Origin: the human T2T-CHM13v2.0 reference genome, Homo sapiens
DNA: 64,000 nucleotides
Assembly (NCBI RefSeq): GCF_009914755.1
Contig: NC_060934.1
Direction: 5' to 3' (one strand)
Position numbers and translations under genes: made by a program. The number at the start of each line of letters is the position of its first letter. The first letter of the stretch is position 1. Of this stretch, positions 61,901 through 64,000 are shown one piece after another. The notes under the pieces are model-generated. The model was not told the origin of the DNA. It worked only from the letters and a program-made list of their open reading frames with translations, and made no database searches.

Positions 61901-62158
61901 GTATATATACTAACCATAAACTATAATATATAATATTGGTGTATATGCATATAGTGTATATATATAAATGTATATGTATTATATATGTGTATATATAGTG
62001 TGTATATATATATACACACAGTATATATATAAATTTATGTATACACACAGTATATATAAATACACACACTACATTTATATATATATATACACACTATATA
62101 TATACACATGCACTACATATTTACACACACAAACGTACACACATACACACATACACAC
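61900..62158. repeat. (TA)/(CA)-rich low-complexity tract
   Basis: Direct inspection. Confidence 0.9.
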
Positions 62159-62550
62159 TGATTAGATGGAAAATATGATTGCAGATTGCATGCCAAAATT
62201 GGAAATTGAATGAAATGTTCCACCTGGCAATAATGAGAAACTAAAGATCTATTTCTCACCATTCAGATCATTAATTAGAATTGAAACCCCAAAATATAAT
62301 GTTGTATTTTAATAAGTTTGCACTAATTTTTTAAAAAGTATCCATTATTCATTAAACCATTACTAAAACATATTTTATACTAAATTGTCATATTAACCAT
62401 TTAAAAATTTAAACTATATTTTATGTTAATTTAGAAACGCCTAAACCAAAATTGGAAGTCTACTCATAAATTCATATTACATCAATTTTGAGAGACTCCT
62501 TTCAAAAATGCCCTAAACATTTCGTGTATTTCAAAATCGGACAGAAATCA

Positions 62551-62691
<141 letters not shown>

Positions 62692-62789
62692 TTAAAGATT
62701 ATAAGTAAGAACAGCGTAACAGCACAATTTTTATATGTATGTTTTTACTTATTGGATTGCCTGGTTCCAGAAGGGGAAGCAATGATCAT

Positions 62790-62950
62790 TTCCTCACTGC
62801 CTACCAGGTGGCAGACACTATGCTAGAAAATACTACGTTCTCACTTAATCTTTACAATAATCCAGCCAGATAAATGTTATTATTTTCACTTGCTAGATGA
62901 GAATACTCAAAGAAGTAACTAACTCTATGATTAAAAAACAACTACCAGTA
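62790..62950 (-). mobile_element. MIR SINE
   Basis: ccaggtggcagacactatgctag...tcacttaatctttacaataatcc...agatgagaatact. Confidence 0.65.
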
Positions 62951-64000
62951 AAACAAGTGTATTATACTATATCTCTCCAATTAAAGACTCATTTCTATAA
63001 TTCCACTGAAGCCCACAGTAAATACACATGATTTTATAGCACCAATACACTTATTTAAGAAGTGTTAAATTCAGACACATAAAAAGCTAATTATCTTGCT
63101 CAAAAAAGAAATTAATTTTCCTAGTGAATTAGTTGTTTTTGAGATTATAGGGCAGAAATACTTTACTCTAGAGGATAAAATTGGAAATCTTTATAGTTTA
63201 ACACTCTTTGGTATACTATCTCTTAAAAACAAATTATAAGGCCAAGTTCATTTGGTATAGCAGAAATTGTTCAAATGATGAAAACTAAGAAAAAGCTTTA
63301 GTGTTGAGATGTGATGTCTGACATTATTTATCACTGCAATAGGATTTATAATTGATTATTTTCTTTAATAACCTACATTACATCAAAGTAATTCTATGTT
63401 TACTTTAAGACATGTTAAATACTTTCAGAACTATGTGCTTCTTTGGAATATAAATTGTTTTGGAAGCTGCAGGTTAACAATGTAAACTAATTCAACCTAG
63501 ATCACAGAAGACTGTAACCAAGGATCATCCTGAGAGCCACAATTGACCTTTGGGTTAATGCTAATTTACAAACTGATCAGCTGTTCCAAACAGCGGTAAA
63601 ATCATGAGAGACATAGTGCTCACTGATCCTTACGTGGTTAACTGATAAAGCTATTTCCCTACTGTAGAGTCAAAGACTTTATTCACAGTGACAAAAATTA
63701 TTCTAAGTAACTATTAAAAATGGAAATGTTCAAACACTTAATAAAATTGTCTACTTATGGTAATGCAAATTATTGTTTTAATACCTTGCCAGGTAGAGAC
63801 AGGCATTATTTTGTCAAATATATTTTTAAATATGTAAAAAACAAAAGAGGGAATATGTTCTGTTTCATTAGTATTTGAAGAAAAGTAAAATTTGACAAAA
63901 AATCAAATAGATACAGATATTTTCCTAGATATATGCAAAGATTAACATAACAACAATCAGTATTGAGTGGTATTAGGAAAATGGATACTCTCAGGAAAGA

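Overview
Primate, most likely human, genomic DNA: an AT-rich, repeat-dense, mostly intronic part of PCDH15 (protocadherin-15; USH1F/DFNB23, 10q21.1), transcribed on the minus strand. Four coding exons were read directly, all with canonical GT-AG sites and consistent phases: 62555-62667 (113 nt), 43693-43802 (110), 41642-41782 (141) and 6075-6202 (128). They splice into 164 codons covering the end of cadherin repeat EC9, all of EC10 and the start of EC11. From memory these are exons 23-26 of the reference transcript. The rest is interspersed repeats: a near full-length L1PA6-like element antisense to the gene, a truncated young L1, older L1M/L2/MIR, about 12 Alus, solo LTRs (LTR12, MER52, THE1/MST, MLT1, ERV1-type) and DNA-transposon fossils. 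The best candidate for something undescribed is an L1 'gene-breaking' configuration. The antisense L1 keeps an open ORF0 with a strong Kozak ATG (12799) and its splice donor (12694/12693), which is in frame with the next PCDH15 exon 6.5 kb downstream. It also keeps an antisense AATAAA in ORF2. An unexplained ~0.9 kb segment (34.7-35.56 kb) contains a 22-bp-stem hairpin. Repeat subfamily names come from recalled consensus sequences, not from a search. No expression evidence is available from sequence alone.
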